From an uncultured delta proteobacterium (GTDB lineage: Bacteria; Myxococcota_A; Polyangia; Haliangiales; Haliangiaceae), in NCBI GenBank assembly GCA_963848295.1, contig CAWKDB010000010.1, positions 2,752,001 to 2,816,000 of the forward strand: DNA of 64,000 nucleotides. Direction: 5' to 3'. A model generated the notes under the pieces. It ran no database searches, was not told the origin of the DNA, and saw only the letters and a list, made by a program, of their open reading frames with translations. The translations under genes and the position numbers were made by a program. Positions 18,439-28,381 of the stretch are shown piece by piece (position 1 is the stretch's first letter; each line of letters begins with the position of its first letter).

Positions 18439-19299
18439 GTGAGGCGCTTCTTCCATCGGTACGACGAGCTGTCGATCTTGGAAAAGCTTGTTCTACGCAC
18501 GTGCTGCTACCTGCCGCCTCGGATCGGCCGCGATGAGGAGCCCGATGAAGGGCTCGACAGCTCAACCTTTGATTCACTAGAGCCGTACAGGCGCACGCTC
18601 CGGCGCGCGTTCGGCGCGGACATCTTCGAAATCGTGGACGGCAAACGCGTGCTCGATTTCGGATGCGGCGAAGGCGGTTACGTGCTCGCCCTCGCCGGGT
18701 CCCAATGTGCCTCGGTCGACGGCATCGATCTCCAACCGATCATCGAGAGGGCCGCGAGCTTTGCGCGTGATCGCGGCGTGTCGAACGTCACGTTCATTCG
18801 CGGCCACTCCTCTGAGATGCTCGCGGCCGAGACCTACGATGTCGTGTTGTCTCACGACTCGTTCGAGCACTTCGAGCATCCGGACGAGATCTTGGCCGAG
18901 ATGGTACGCGTGACCAAGCCCGGCGGACGGGTCCTCATCAAGTTCGGGCCGTCCTGGCGCGGTCCATACGGGCGCCACATGATGGGTACGTTCCGCCGAG
19001 ATCGTCCGTGGCTACATCTCGTGCTGCCAGAGCGCACGATGATGCGAGTCCACTCGGCGTATCACAACAAGCCGGTGTTGCTCGACGAGTACAAGGACCT
19101 CCCAGGCGGCCTTAACAAGATGACGATCGAACGCAGCCGCGCGCTGATCGAGCTGTGTCGTGACCTCGTGATCGATCGGACAGTCGTGTTCCCGCTGCCG
19201 CGAATCAAAGGGCTGGCCAAGCTCCCAATGATCGGCGAATATTTCGCGAGCGGGGTATGCTTCGCGTGCACGAAGATCGTCACGAAGCGCGCCGCTTGA
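18439..19299 (+). CDS. Class I SAM-dependent methyltransferase
   Basis: VLDFGCGEG, SFEHF, RVTKPGG. Confidence 0.92.
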   Translation: MRRFFHRYDELSILEKLVLRTCCYLPPRIGRDEEPDEGLDSSTFDSLEPYRRTLRRAFGADIFEIVDGKRVLDFGCGEGGYVLALAGSQCASVDGIDLQPIIERAASFARDRGVSNVTFIRGHSSEMLAAETYDVVLSHDSFEHFEHPDEILAEMVRVTKPGGRVLIKFGPSWRGPYGRHMMGTFRRDRPWLHLVLPERTMMRVHSAYHNKPVLLDEYKDLPGGLNKMTIERSRALIELCRDLVIDRTVVFPLPRIKGLAKLPMIGEYFASGVCFACTKIVTKRAA

Positions 19300-20155
19300 A
19301 GGTCCGCAGCCGACTGCGGGCAAGAGCTCGGAGCCGCATTAGCTCGCCATAGCGGCGGTTCGCGAAGCGAAACCAAGCCAGCTCGCGCGCAAACGATGGA
19401 CCGAGCTCACGCACCTCGCGCTCGAGTCGCTGTTTCGCGGTGGCATATAACTCGAGATCGAGGAGATTCGCGCTCTCGATGCGTCTGACGATGTTGGCCG
19501 GGACTTCGTGCCGACTCGGCCGATGTGAGGTTACGTTCGTCTTCACATAGTACGGTGCCCCCCATCCGAGCCTGCGCTTAAGCAGCATCAGGCTTTCGTC
19601 GAAGCGCTCGGTCAGCCCTACGACTGCGACGTTCTCGCGCAGGTTGCGCTGCGCGGCCTCGAGCAGGCTTGCATCATCGCGCGCAGACTGCGTCTCCGGA
19701 TCCCAGCCAAGCATCTCGCCTGCGAGCAACTTGGTCTGGCCATTGCGAGCATCTGCCGAACTCGCATGCGAGACGTACTCGTCGAGCGTCATGCTCGCAG
19801 CTTCCTGCAACCACGTTCGACCGGACAGATTGCCACCGCGCTCGATGTAGCCGCGCACGTAGTAGTAATGCGAGATCAACCTCTCGATCGGGTCGCGCAA
19901 CATTGTGATGTACGTCGCGGGCTGCCGCAGGTACACGTGCAAGCCGAATCCAAAGTGCCCACGCAACAGCTGGATCCGATCGCGCCGTTCTGCGGGTAGC
20001 GCTCGAAACTCTTCGATCGAAGCGGCCTGGTGCTCGGCGTGGATTTCGTAGATCGCCTCAGCGGGGTATTGTGACTCGATGACCTTCGCGAGCGTCTTAC
20101 CCGCCGTCTTCGGAATGTGAATAAAGACGACCGGTCGGCTGCGCGTCTCGCTCAT
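19280..20155 (-). CDS. Sulfotransferase (family 2-like)
   Basis: 5'-PSB FIHIPKTAGKT, GHFGFGLH, 3'-PB LRDPIERLISHY, VGLTERFDESL, N.LD.ELY. Confidence 0.92.
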   Translation of the reverse strand: MSETRSRPVVFIHIPKTAGKTLAKVIESQYPAEAIYEIHAEHQAASIEEFRALPAERRDRIQLLRGHFGFGLHVYLRQPATYITMLRDPIERLISHYYYVRGYIERGGNLSGRTWLQEAASMTLDEYVSHASSADARNGQTKLLAGEMLGWDPETQSARDDASLLEAAQRNLRENVAVVGLTERFDESLMLLKRRLGWGAPYYVKTNVTSHRPSRHEVPANIVRRIESANLLDLELYATAKQRLEREVRELGPSFARELAWFRFANRRYGELMRLRALARSRLRTFKRRAS

Positions 20156-21309
20156 AGAGCAATCCTTGCAGCGCTGCGGCCCGCGAGCCTGCTCAGCACG
20201 TCGTCGTAAGCGCGTGCCCGTTGGGCCCAGGTCTGCTCGGTCGAAGCGATCTGTCGCGCCGCCGCGCCCATCACGGCGCGACGCACAGGATCGCATAGCA
20301 ACGCGATGATCCCTCGCGCAGTGTCCTCGGGGTCCTCGAGCTTGACCACGATGCCGGTGACGCCGTCGACAACCGCCTCCGCGAGGCCCGAGCTCCCCGA
20401 GACGACCGAAGGCTTGCCGCACAGCGCTGCTTCGACGACGGCGATCCCGAACCCTTCGAACTCGTCGGCAGTGTGCCGGCTCGTCATGATGTGGACGTCG
20501 CATAGACACAGCAACTCGCGCAACCTCTCCGCGCTGACCTGACCGACGAAATGCACGCGATCGGCAACACCGAGACGACGCGCGAGCTCATGGTATTCCG
20601 CTGCTCGCGTGGGCTTGCCAACGACGATATAGCGAGCATCGGGAACCGCGCGCGCGATCGCCGGCATCGCGGCGATCGCGATGTCTTGGCCTTTACGCTC
20701 GGACACGTGGCCGACAGAGACGACCAAGGGACCGTCCGCGATGCCGAGCTCGGTCAGAACGCGCACGCGGTCGGGTGCCGGGTCGATCGCGAAATGCCCT
20801 GGATCGGCACCGTTCGGAATTATGCTCGCCTCGCGCGGCTGGACACCGAGCTCAAGCAGCCGCTGCAACGAGTAGCGACTGACCGCTACGACCGACGCCG
20901 CACGCCCGAACGCCCAACGTTTCACTCGTCGCTCCCATCGCGGCGTGGGAGCTCGACCGTGCTCGATCGCGAGCCATGGGCTGCGACCCAACACCATCGC
21001 CGCAGCGTAGATCTCGCGATCGCCGCTGACCATCGTGACATCAGGCCGCCACGTACGTCGGACCGAGGTGATCAAGGCGCCGCGATACACCAGCTTCGCG
21101 ACCGGGGTCGGCAGCCGAAGCACACGTTCGATGGCGAACGGTTGGCGACTTGTAAACGCGTCGATCGCGCTTTCGGCCGCATAGTCCTGACTCGCGATCA
21201 CACGAAGCTCGTGACCGCGGCACACGAGCTGAACCGCGATCTGGTGCGCGTGCGTTCCGATCCCGCCAGGACCGGGTGGAAACTCGCTGGCCACGAGCAT
21301 GATCCGCAC
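20152..21309 (-). CDS. Glycosyltransferase family 4
   Basis: EFPPGPGGI, SERKGQD, EGFGIAVVEA. Confidence 0.93.
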   Translation of the reverse strand: MRIMLVASEFPPGPGGIGTHAHQIAVQLVCRGHELRVIASQDYAAESAIDAFTSRQPFAIERVLRLPTPVAKLVYRGALITSVRRTWRPDVTMVSGDREIYAAAMVLGRSPWLAIEHGRAPTPRWERRVKRWAFGRAASVVAVSRYSLQRLLELGVQPREASIIPNGADPGHFAIDPAPDRVRVLTELGIADGPLVVSVGHVSERKGQDIAIAAMPAIARAVPDARYIVVGKPTRAAEYHELARRLGVADRVHFVGQVSAERLRELLCLCDVHIMTSRHTADEFEGFGIAVVEAALCGKPSVVSGSSGLAEAVVDGVTGIVVKLEDPEDTARGIIALLCDPVRRAVMGAAARQIASTEQTWAQRARAYDDVLSRLAGRSAARIAL

Positions 21310-21312
21310 GGG

Positions 21313-22449
21313 TTACCCGGCCTCACGCAGCTCGGCGATCAAGCGATCGACGCGTTCGAGGTACGCGCTGTAAGAGAACCGTTCCGCTGCATCGACTGCG
21401 CGCGTCGATTCCGAGCGCCACTTCGTGGCGGTGTAGCTCGCGATCGCAGAGGCAAACGCTTCAACGTCGCGCACAGGCAGCGCAACCCCGCAGCCAAGCT
21501 CGCGCAACTGCGCGGGGATCGCACTGACCGCGCTCGCGATAGGAACCGCGCCGTAAGCCATGCCTTCGCTGAGCACCTTCGGCCAGCCCTCGGTCTCCGA
21601 CGGGAGCACCACGAAATGTGCGCGCGCGTAGAGCGCACCGAGCTCCTGCTTCGCAAGCCAGCCGTGAGTGCGCACTCGAGATGACAACCCGAGTGCGTCG
21701 ATCCGCGCCTCGACCGCGGCGCGTTGCGGACCATCGCCCGCGAGATCGAGCTCGACGTCGACCTGGCGCGCCCGGAGTTGCGCGACGACCTCGACCGCCC
21801 GCTCGGCGCCCTTGGATCTGGCGAGTGTCCCCGCGAACACCAAACGAATCGGGGCCTCGAACCGCTTCGTCGCGGCGCTCTCTCGCCCCGCCGCGAGCTC
21901 GCGATCATCGAGCGACGGATTCAAGAACGTGCGCACCCATGGCTGGTCGGAGGCCGCAGCTCCATTGATCGTCACGACGCCTCGATGCCAGCGGTGGCCC
22001 AGTAACCAACGCTGCAACCGATAGCTTCGCGGGACGGCCTCCGACCGCCAATCGCCGGCGTATTTGAACCAACGAGCATACGGTCGGCGCCGGATCATCA
22101 ACCATGCGACCGACAGCAACGCGATATTCGCCGGTGCTCGCACGTGCACGAGATCGGCGCCTCCGAGCTCGTTATCGACGACGCGGAGATACTCGGGCAC
22201 AGCACGCAGCCCGCCTAACTTGCCTGCCAGGTCGTCACCGCCCGATGGTGATACCGGCACGAGCACCACGTTCGAAGCCTGGTAGCGCATCGCGCTGTCG
22301 GGCGGTTGGCCGGGCCATAGACACGCGACGTGTCGCACGGACTCGAATCGCGTCGCGAGCTGATCGATTTCGCGCACGGTCGGCCCCCAGCCATAGATCT
22401 CACCGCGGCGCTGGTAGTGGGGCGTGTGGGAGATGACCAGCAGCCGCAT
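21313..22449 (-). CDS. Glycosyltransferase family 4
   Basis: FAGTLARSKG, LPSETEGWPKVLSEGMAYG. Confidence 0.9.
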   Translation of the reverse strand: MRLLVISHTPHYQRRGEIYGWGPTVREIDQLATRFESVRHVACLWPGQPPDSAMRYQASNVVLVPVSPSGGDDLAGKLGGLRAVPEYLRVVDNELGGADLVHVRAPANIALLSVAWLMIRRRPYARWFKYAGDWRSEAVPRSYRLQRWLLGHRWHRGVVTINGAAASDQPWVRTFLNPSLDDRELAAGRESAATKRFEAPIRLVFAGTLARSKGAERAVEVVAQLRARQVDVELDLAGDGPQRAAVEARIDALGLSSRVRTHGWLAKQELGALYARAHFVVLPSETEGWPKVLSEGMAYGAVPIASAVSAIPAQLRELGCGVALPVRDVEAFASAIASYTATKWRSESTRAVDAAERFSYSAYLERVDRLIAELREAG

Positions 22450-22455
22450 GCACAC

Positions 22456-22725
22456 CTACCGACGTTCGGACACGAACTTGAAACTCTGCGATTTCGGCAT
22501 CGGATACATGAAGCGGAAGTCCTCCGGCGCGGGTCGATCAGACCCGACCGCGAACGGCGTGGTGCGCTGGATCGGGCGGCGCAGCCTGAGATCGGGGCGG
22601 CCGTCGGTGAAACGGAAACTCGGCTTCGCAGGCTCGGCACGCGCAGGCAGACGGACCCCGGCGAGAGCGCCGCTGCAGTACGGGCAGCGCAGGATGGTGC
22701 TGATGTCGTCGGACAACGAATGCAT
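22456..22725 (-). pseudogene. Trm112-like zinc-knuckle fragment, probable methyltransferase remnant
   Basis: LRCPYCSGAL followed by CRAC..EFP in a shifted frame, then DGRPDLR; no catalytic domain follows. Confidence 0.45.
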
Positions 22726-22733
22726 GGTCGGCT

Positions 22734-23597
22734 TCACAAGGTCTGGAGATCGCGACGCGAAGCGAGTGACTCGTACAACTGATACATCGTTTGGGTGGTT
22801 TGCGATCGGCGGAGCACACCGAGCCTACGCTCGACGCGCGGACCGCGACCGAGCGCCTGGCTAAGTCGAAATTTCCATGAGATCTGACGGCGACTCGCAA
22901 CGTCGCGAACCTCGGCGGTGTCGAGCTCGTACGGATGCACGTAGACGATGGCCGGGCGTCGCGCCACAGCCGCCTGCCACAGCGCGACGCGGTGATAGAG
23001 CATTGGAAACAGTCGCAAGTAACCGCCGCCTAACGCCGGAAGTCGTTTACCGAGCCACGCAGTCGCGAGCGGAAACTCGACCAATCCTTCGCGCAGTCGG
23101 AACGGACCCGCCGGTGCGTTCGTCACGCCGTAGCGCGAGGTCCGCGCTGGGACGATGCTGCTGTCGTAGCTGAAAGCCGCGTCTGCGAGCACTGTGAACA
23201 CTTTGCGATCGAGCTCGCCGAGATCGTCACAAGGTGCGCCGATGCTGAAGTCGGGTGCGCGAAAGCCGCGGACCGGGCCGCCGATCGCATCTTCGATCGC
23301 GTGCTTGCCGGTGCGGATCTCGTCGCGCAGCTCCGCGACGGACATCGAGAACAGCGGGCGATGCGTATGCGCGTGACACGCGACCTCGTGGCCGCGGTTC
23401 GCGATCTCGGCGACGAGCGCGGGATAGCGTTTCGCGACGAGGCCTTGCACGAACCACGTCCCGCGCAGCCCGAGCCGATCGAACACCTCCAACATCTCGC
23501 GGGTGTTGTCGACACACCGCTCGGTGAGCTCGGCATCGAAGTCCACAGACGACTGCAGCCAGTCCTCCACGTCGACGGTGCAACACAACGGCGACAT
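22734..23597 (-). CDS. Polysaccharide deacetylase, DUF3473/XrtA-system type
   Basis: TVDVEDW, HEVACHAHTH, GFRAPDFS, YDSS, GGGYLR, YVHPYELD. Confidence 0.92.
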   Translation of the reverse strand: MSPLCCTVDVEDWLQSSVDFDAELTERCVDNTREMLEVFDRLGLRGTWFVQGLVAKRYPALVAEIANRGHEVACHAHTHRPLFSMSVAELRDEIRTGKHAIEDAIGGPVRGFRAPDFSIGAPCDDLGELDRKVFTVLADAAFSYDSSIVPARTSRYGVTNAPAGPFRLREGLVEFPLATAWLGKRLPALGGGYLRLFPMLYHRVALWQAAVARRPAIVYVHPYELDTAEVRDVASRRQISWKFRLSQALGRGPRVERRLGVLRRSQTTQTMYQLYESLASRRDLQTL

Positions 23598-23602
23598 GAG
23601 CC

Positions 23603-24262
23603 CTAGCGGCAGACCACGTGGAAGTCTTGGCCAGCACCTCGGATCTTCTCGATCGCAATCGGCGTGAGCTTCGCGCTCGCGAGCACGCGCTCGATGTCTT
23701 CGCGGCAGTAGAGATAGATCGGGCAGTTGCGCAGCTTGTAGCGCGCTTCGCGAATAGGCGACCGCAACCAATGCCGGCTAGGGAACGAGATCGCGGCGTT
23801 GCCACCGCCGAGCTCGGAGCGTAACCCCGAGAGAAACGCGACCGGATCGGCGATGTAGTCCATGACGCCCATCACGATCGCGGCATCGGCTTTCGCATGC
23901 GGAAGCGTCGTCGGGTAGTTCGCGCACACGAGCTCGACCTGATCCGGACGGGAGACGGGTGCGAGCCGGTGCCGGGTGAGCTCGAGCATGCGTTCCGCCG
24001 GATCGATGCCGATTACCTTGGCCGCGCCGCGGGTGAGTGCTTCGCGCATGTAGACGCCCGAGCCGCAGCCGATATCGAGGACGGCTTTGCCTTCGAGCGG
24101 GCCAAGTCGTTCAAACGTGAGCTCGAAGCGCAGCACGATGTCTCGCCGAAACTGCGAATCGATCAGTCGCCAGATCGGTCCGCGACGACCGTCGTACAGC
24201 GAATCGAATGTGTCGGCGAACCGGTGGAAGAACTGGCCAGCGCGTTCGTCGGTCGCGCTCAT
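23603..24262 (-). CDS. Class I SAM-dependent methyltransferase
   Basis: VLDIGCGSG, GIDPAERM, MGVMDY. Confidence 0.9.
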   Translation of the reverse strand: MSATDERAGQFFHRFADTFDSLYDGRRGPIWRLIDSQFRRDIVLRFELTFERLGPLEGKAVLDIGCGSGVYMREALTRGAAKVIGIDPAERMLELTRHRLAPVSRPDQVELVCANYPTTLPHAKADAAIVMGVMDYIADPVAFLSGLRSELGGGNAAISFPSRHWLRSPIREARYKLRNCPIYLYCREDIERVLASAKLTPIAIEKIRGAGQDFHVVCR

Positions 24263-25308
24263 CGAGTGATCCTTTCCATCGCGCCTCTCAGGCGAGCGTA
24301 GCGTCCGGCTGGGGCTACGATGCCGAGCAGGGTCCCGACGCCGTACGAGACGTGCATGATCGCGGTCGCCGCGGTGGCGGCTACCGCGACCCGAACGCTT
24401 CGCTCGCGGTGGAGTGCGGCCCCGAAGGCTGCAGCGAGCAGCGCGCCGTAGCTCGCGAAAGGCAGCAACGCGAGCCCCGAAATCGGCGGTGGCGCGAACA
24501 CGACGGCGAACGCGCTCGCGAGCGAGCCCACGACGAACACCATGGGTGCGACGTGTCGGACCGAGAAGACCCGGCGATGCTTGCGGAATACCGCGACCTT
24601 CCAATACGCGTACTGCATGTATTGCCGTGCGAGTCCGCTTGGAGTCTCGCGCACGAAGTACTCGTGTTTCACCCGCGGCGAGATGTAGATCGACCCACCG
24701 CTCGATGTGATCCGGAAGTTGAACTCATCGTCCTGATTGCGCACGAGCGCTTCGTCGAACATGCCGACCCGCGCGAATACGTCGCGACGAAACGCCGGAA
24801 ACACGGCGCCCTCCGCATAGCCTTCGTAATCCTCGCGCCGATGAGCGGCACCGCCGATGCCGAGCCGGCTCGACATCGCGGCTGCGACGCCGCGAGCGAA
24901 TGTGGTCTTACCGCGATGCGCGATCGGCCCACCGACCGACCAGGCTTCCGCATGCTCGCGCAGCAGATCGAGGTTCGCGCGAATGAAATCGGGCGCGACT
25001 CTCGTATGGCCGTCGACGCGCACGATCACTTCACCCGACGATCCGCGAATCCCAAGATTGAGCGCGGACGACACGATCCGCCCCGGGTTGTCGAGCATGC
25101 GCACCCGGGCATCGCTCGCAGCTAGCCGGCTCACGATCTCGCGGGTGCCGTCCTCCGACATGCCATCGACCACGAGCACGTCGTACCGCGCCGGGATCCG
25201 CTCCTGCGCCAGCAACGCGCGCAAACATTCCTCGATGAACCCACACTCGTTGCGGACCGGAACGATAACGCTGACCGAAGGATCGTGCGCTGAGGTTTCC
25301 GGGGACAT
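24259..25308 (-). CDS. Glycosyltransferase family 2 (ExoA-like)
   Basis: VSVIVPVRNE, VDGMSEDGT, RVDGH, RNQDDEFN, C-terminal TM segments. Confidence 0.93.
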   Translation of the reverse strand: MSPETSAHDPSVSVIVPVRNECGFIEECLRALLAQERIPARYDVLVVDGMSEDGTREIVSRLAASDARVRMLDNPGRIVSSALNLGIRGSSGEVIVRVDGHTRVAPDFIRANLDLLREHAEAWSVGGPIAHRGKTTFARGVAAAMSSRLGIGGAAHRREDYEGYAEGAVFPAFRRDVFARVGMFDEALVRNQDDEFNFRITSSGGSIYISPRVKHEYFVRETPSGLARQYMQYAYWKVAVFRKHRRVFSVRHVAPMVFVVGSLASAFAVVFAPPPISGLALLPFASYGALLAAAFGAALHRERSVRVAVAATAATAIMHVSYGVGTLLGIVAPAGRYARLRGAMERITR

Positions 25309-25460
25309 AACTAGCGGACGGGAATCCTAGATGCGGCGGCGGGTATACCAGCTGGGTTTAGTTGTCGCTACGGCCGTCGATGTTCACGCCGGTCACCGTC
25401 GAGGTACGGGCGTGCTGCCTAGCAGGTCGAGTCCTCGTGGCGTACGCTGCCGGGAATCGT

Positions 25461-27524
25461 ATGTGCGCTGCTTCGGGAGGTCACGCGCTGGCTGCGATGG
25501 CATTTGGGGCAGCGTCGTGCCTCGGGTGTCACCACGACATCGCGGCCGTGCCGACGACGGCCAGTGCGGGTCCAGCGGCCCCTGTGGTCGTGTACCACAA
25601 CGACCCGAAGCACCCGCTGCAGACCGAGTGGCTCGCCACACCCGTGCGCGCGTCTCGCGCATGGTCGACCGCGCTTGCCCCGAACGCGCGTGGCGGATGG
25701 AATTTCATTACGCAGGTGTTCGAGTTTCGGTCCGGAAGTCCGTCCGAGTTCGTGGTCCTGGACCTCGAGACAGGGAAGTCTACGACGTTCGAAGGTCCCA
25801 CCGAGATCTATACGAACAACAACTATCAAATCGCGAATGAAGTTCGCGCCAAGAATGGTCGAATCTTTTTCCCCGAGCTCGAGACCAACGTCGCCTACTA
25901 CGACCCGACCGACGAGTCAGTGAAACAACTCGGTCGTATGGTCGACCCAGTGGGGGCGAACAAGTCGATCTACAAGCTGGTGTTCGACCACGCGGGTAAG
26001 CTGTACGGCGCCACGCTCAGTACGGCACGGCCGACGGTATTCGAGCTCGATCCCGACACGCTCGCACATCGCGTGATCGGAGAGGTCGGCGATGATCGGC
26101 TGACGTATTCGTACGGTTACTTCCTTGCGATCGATTCACCGTGGGCCTACTGCGCCGTCGGCGAACGGCCATGGGAGCTCGCGGCGTTGAATCTGCTAAC
26201 GGGTCGCTCGCAGGTCCTTGCAACCCGTAGCGACGAGCCCTTTATGCACCTCGAGCACCGCAAAGAGGGCGTGCGCGCAAAGTTGGTCACGGGGTTGAAG
26301 AAGCGCGACGAGCGGGACGACTACGTGTGGTGTGTCGACGGCAAGGCGATCCCGACGACCGAAACCTACGATCCTGGCAAGCTGCCGTTCAAATCCCGCG
26401 ACATCCAGCCGTACGCGAATCCGCTCGTCGACCCGCCGGAGATCGACAGCTCGAACCTCAACCCCGACGCAGATGGCATCGGCCATGTCGCATGGCGCCC
26501 GCACGGTTCCACCGGCGCGTGGATCGATCGCACGTTCAAGGTGAAGTACACGGGACCTGTCGAGCTCGAGTCCCTAGTCGCGCTACCAGACGGGAGCCTG
26601 TTCGGAAACGCGGCGCAGTATCACGGGTTCTTCCGCTACGACCCGGCGCACAAGGCAACGCAGTTCTTCGGCCCCCACGGCCCGAGCCGCGGACCGCGAA
26701 TTGTCGTCGACGGCAAGGTGTACATCGCCGGTTACCCAAACGGACTGCTATACGAATACGATCCGACCCGACCGTGGACATCGTCGATCCGGGCGGAGGC
26801 CAAAGGAGCCACCGGGTTGAACCCGCGCAAGCTCGGGTTGTTCGCCGATGCAGGCGCTCACTACGCGCATTCGCTAGTCGCTTCATCGAACGGGCGGTTG
26901 TACTACTCCGGCCGGCGCGAACGAGATGGCGTCGGCTCGGGCGTCGGGTCGTACGACCTCGCGACCAACGCCTTTGCCGGACACCACAAGGACCTCAGTT
27001 TCTATGACCCCGAGGGGCTTATCGCGCTCGACGCCTTGAAGCGCGTGGTGTTCTCGGGATCGCTACACGACGATCCCGGACTGCCCGGGAAAACGCCGCC
27101 CGAAGCACAGCTGGTCGTATTCGATCAAGATCTCCGCGAGATCAACCGGCTCGAGGTCAAGCCAGGACTCTCCGCGACGGGCACGCTCTACCCGTCGAAT
27201 GATGGCAACACGATCCTCGGGGTCATTAAGGACGTCGATGGCAAGCGTGGTGCGGTCTATCGATTCGACGTCGCCGCCGGCAAGCTGCTCGATTGGCGCG
27301 ACCTCGACGCGGTCGCCGGAACCTCGACCCAGCGTCCCGAGGATAAGTCGGTGTGGATCGTCGTCGGCAAGAGGCTCGTGCGCGTCGATCCGACGACGTT
27401 GGAAGTGACCACGGTGGGGACGCTCTTCGACGTCGCGGCCGAGATCACTCGGCTCGTCTGGCAACAAGGGGAGCTGTACTCGACAGCCGGGCCCGAGTTA
27501 CGACGGGTAGCCCTCCCGCGATGA
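25461..27524 (+). CDS. Predicted lipoprotein with a large beta-propeller region
   Basis: Lipobox-like CLG-C; many blade-like units (YYDP, FELDP, FRYDP, YEYDP, YDLAT); ATGA overlap with wzm; start uncertain (25362, 25461 or 25497). Confidence 0.75.
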   Translation: MCAASGGHALAAMAFGAASCLGCHHDIAAVPTTASAGPAAPVVVYHNDPKHPLQTEWLATPVRASRAWSTALAPNARGGWNFITQVFEFRSGSPSEFVVLDLETGKSTTFEGPTEIYTNNNYQIANEVRAKNGRIFFPELETNVAYYDPTDESVKQLGRMVDPVGANKSIYKLVFDHAGKLYGATLSTARPTVFELDPDTLAHRVIGEVGDDRLTYSYGYFLAIDSPWAYCAVGERPWELAALNLLTGRSQVLATRSDEPFMHLEHRKEGVRAKLVTGLKKRDERDDYVWCVDGKAIPTTETYDPGKLPFKSRDIQPYANPLVDPPEIDSSNLNPDADGIGHVAWRPHGSTGAWIDRTFKVKYTGPVELESLVALPDGSLFGNAAQYHGFFRYDPAHKATQFFGPHGPSRGPRIVVDGKVYIAGYPNGLLYEYDPTRPWTSSIRAEAKGATGLNPRKLGLFADAGAHYAHSLVASSNGRLYYSGRRERDGVGSGVGSYDLATNAFAGHHKDLSFYDPEGLIALDALKRVVFSGSLHDDPGLPGKTPPEAQLVVFDQDLREINRLEVKPGLSATGTLYPSNDGNTILGVIKDVDGKRGAVYRFDVAAGKLLDWRDLDAVAGTSTQRPEDKSVWIVVGKRLVRVDPTTLEVTTVGTLFDVAAEITRLVWQQGELYSTAGPELRRVALPR

Positions 27525-28381
27525 CCGAGCTCGCACGAACAAATGTGCCGCCCCCCGAGGTCAGACTCGTGCGGATCGAGCCGCATCGTGGTTGGGTTTC
27601 ACTCAAGCTCGGTGAGCTGTGGACGGCGCGCGAGCTGGTGATGTTCCTCGTCTGGCGCGACATCAAGGTTCGTTACAAACAGACCGCGCTCGGCGCTGCG
27701 TGGGCGGTGCTGCAACCGATCATGACGATGGTGGTGTTCAGCATCTTCTTCGGAAAGCTCGCCAAGCTGCCGTCCGATGGCGTGCCCTACCCGGTGTTCA
27801 CGTTTGCCGCGCTGCTCCCATGGAACATGTTCGCCACCGGACTGACGAATGCGTCAGCCAGTCTCGTCGGCAACACCTCGTTGCTGAAAAAGGTATACGT
27901 CGCGCGACTCGCGATCCCGGTGTCAGCGGTGCTCGGCTGCGTCGTCGACTTTGCGATCGCATTGGTCGTGCTGTTCGTCCTGATGGCGGGATACGGCATC
28001 GCACCGTCGATCGAGGTGATCTATGTCGTGCCGCTCGCACTCCTCGCGCTCGCGACGGCACTGGGCACGGGCATCTGGCTCGCAGCGCTCAACGTGCGTT
28101 ACCGCGATGTCAAGTACGTCGTCTCGTACCTCGTTCAGCTCTGGATGTTCGCCACCCCGATCGCTTATTCGAGCTCGCTGATCACCAAGCCATGGTTGCA
28201 CACGGTGTTCGCGATCAACCCGATGGTGGGCGTCGTCGATGGGTTTCGCTGGGCGTTGTTAGGGACAGCTGCGCCGCGCGCGCTGCCGCTCTTGACATCG
28301 ATCGGCGTGTCGCTCCTGATGCTGTTGAGCGGCATCATCTACTTCCGGAATACGGAGCGAACGTTCGCCGATGTCCTCTGA
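27521..28381 (+). CDS. wzm: ABC-2 polysaccharide transporter permease
   Basis: RDIKVRYKQTALGAAWAVLQP, LLKKVY, RYRDV, INPM. Confidence 0.95.
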   Translation: MTELARTNVPPPEVRLVRIEPHRGWVSLKLGELWTARELVMFLVWRDIKVRYKQTALGAAWAVLQPIMTMVVFSIFFGKLAKLPSDGVPYPVFTFAALLPWNMFATGLTNASASLVGNTSLLKKVYVARLAIPVSAVLGCVVDFAIALVVLFVLMAGYGIAPSIEVIYVVPLALLALATALGTGIWLAALNVRYRDVKYVVSYLVQLWMFATPIAYSSSLITKPWLHTVFAINPMVGVVDGFRWALLGTAAPRALPLLTSIGVSLLMLLSGIIYFRNTERTFADVL

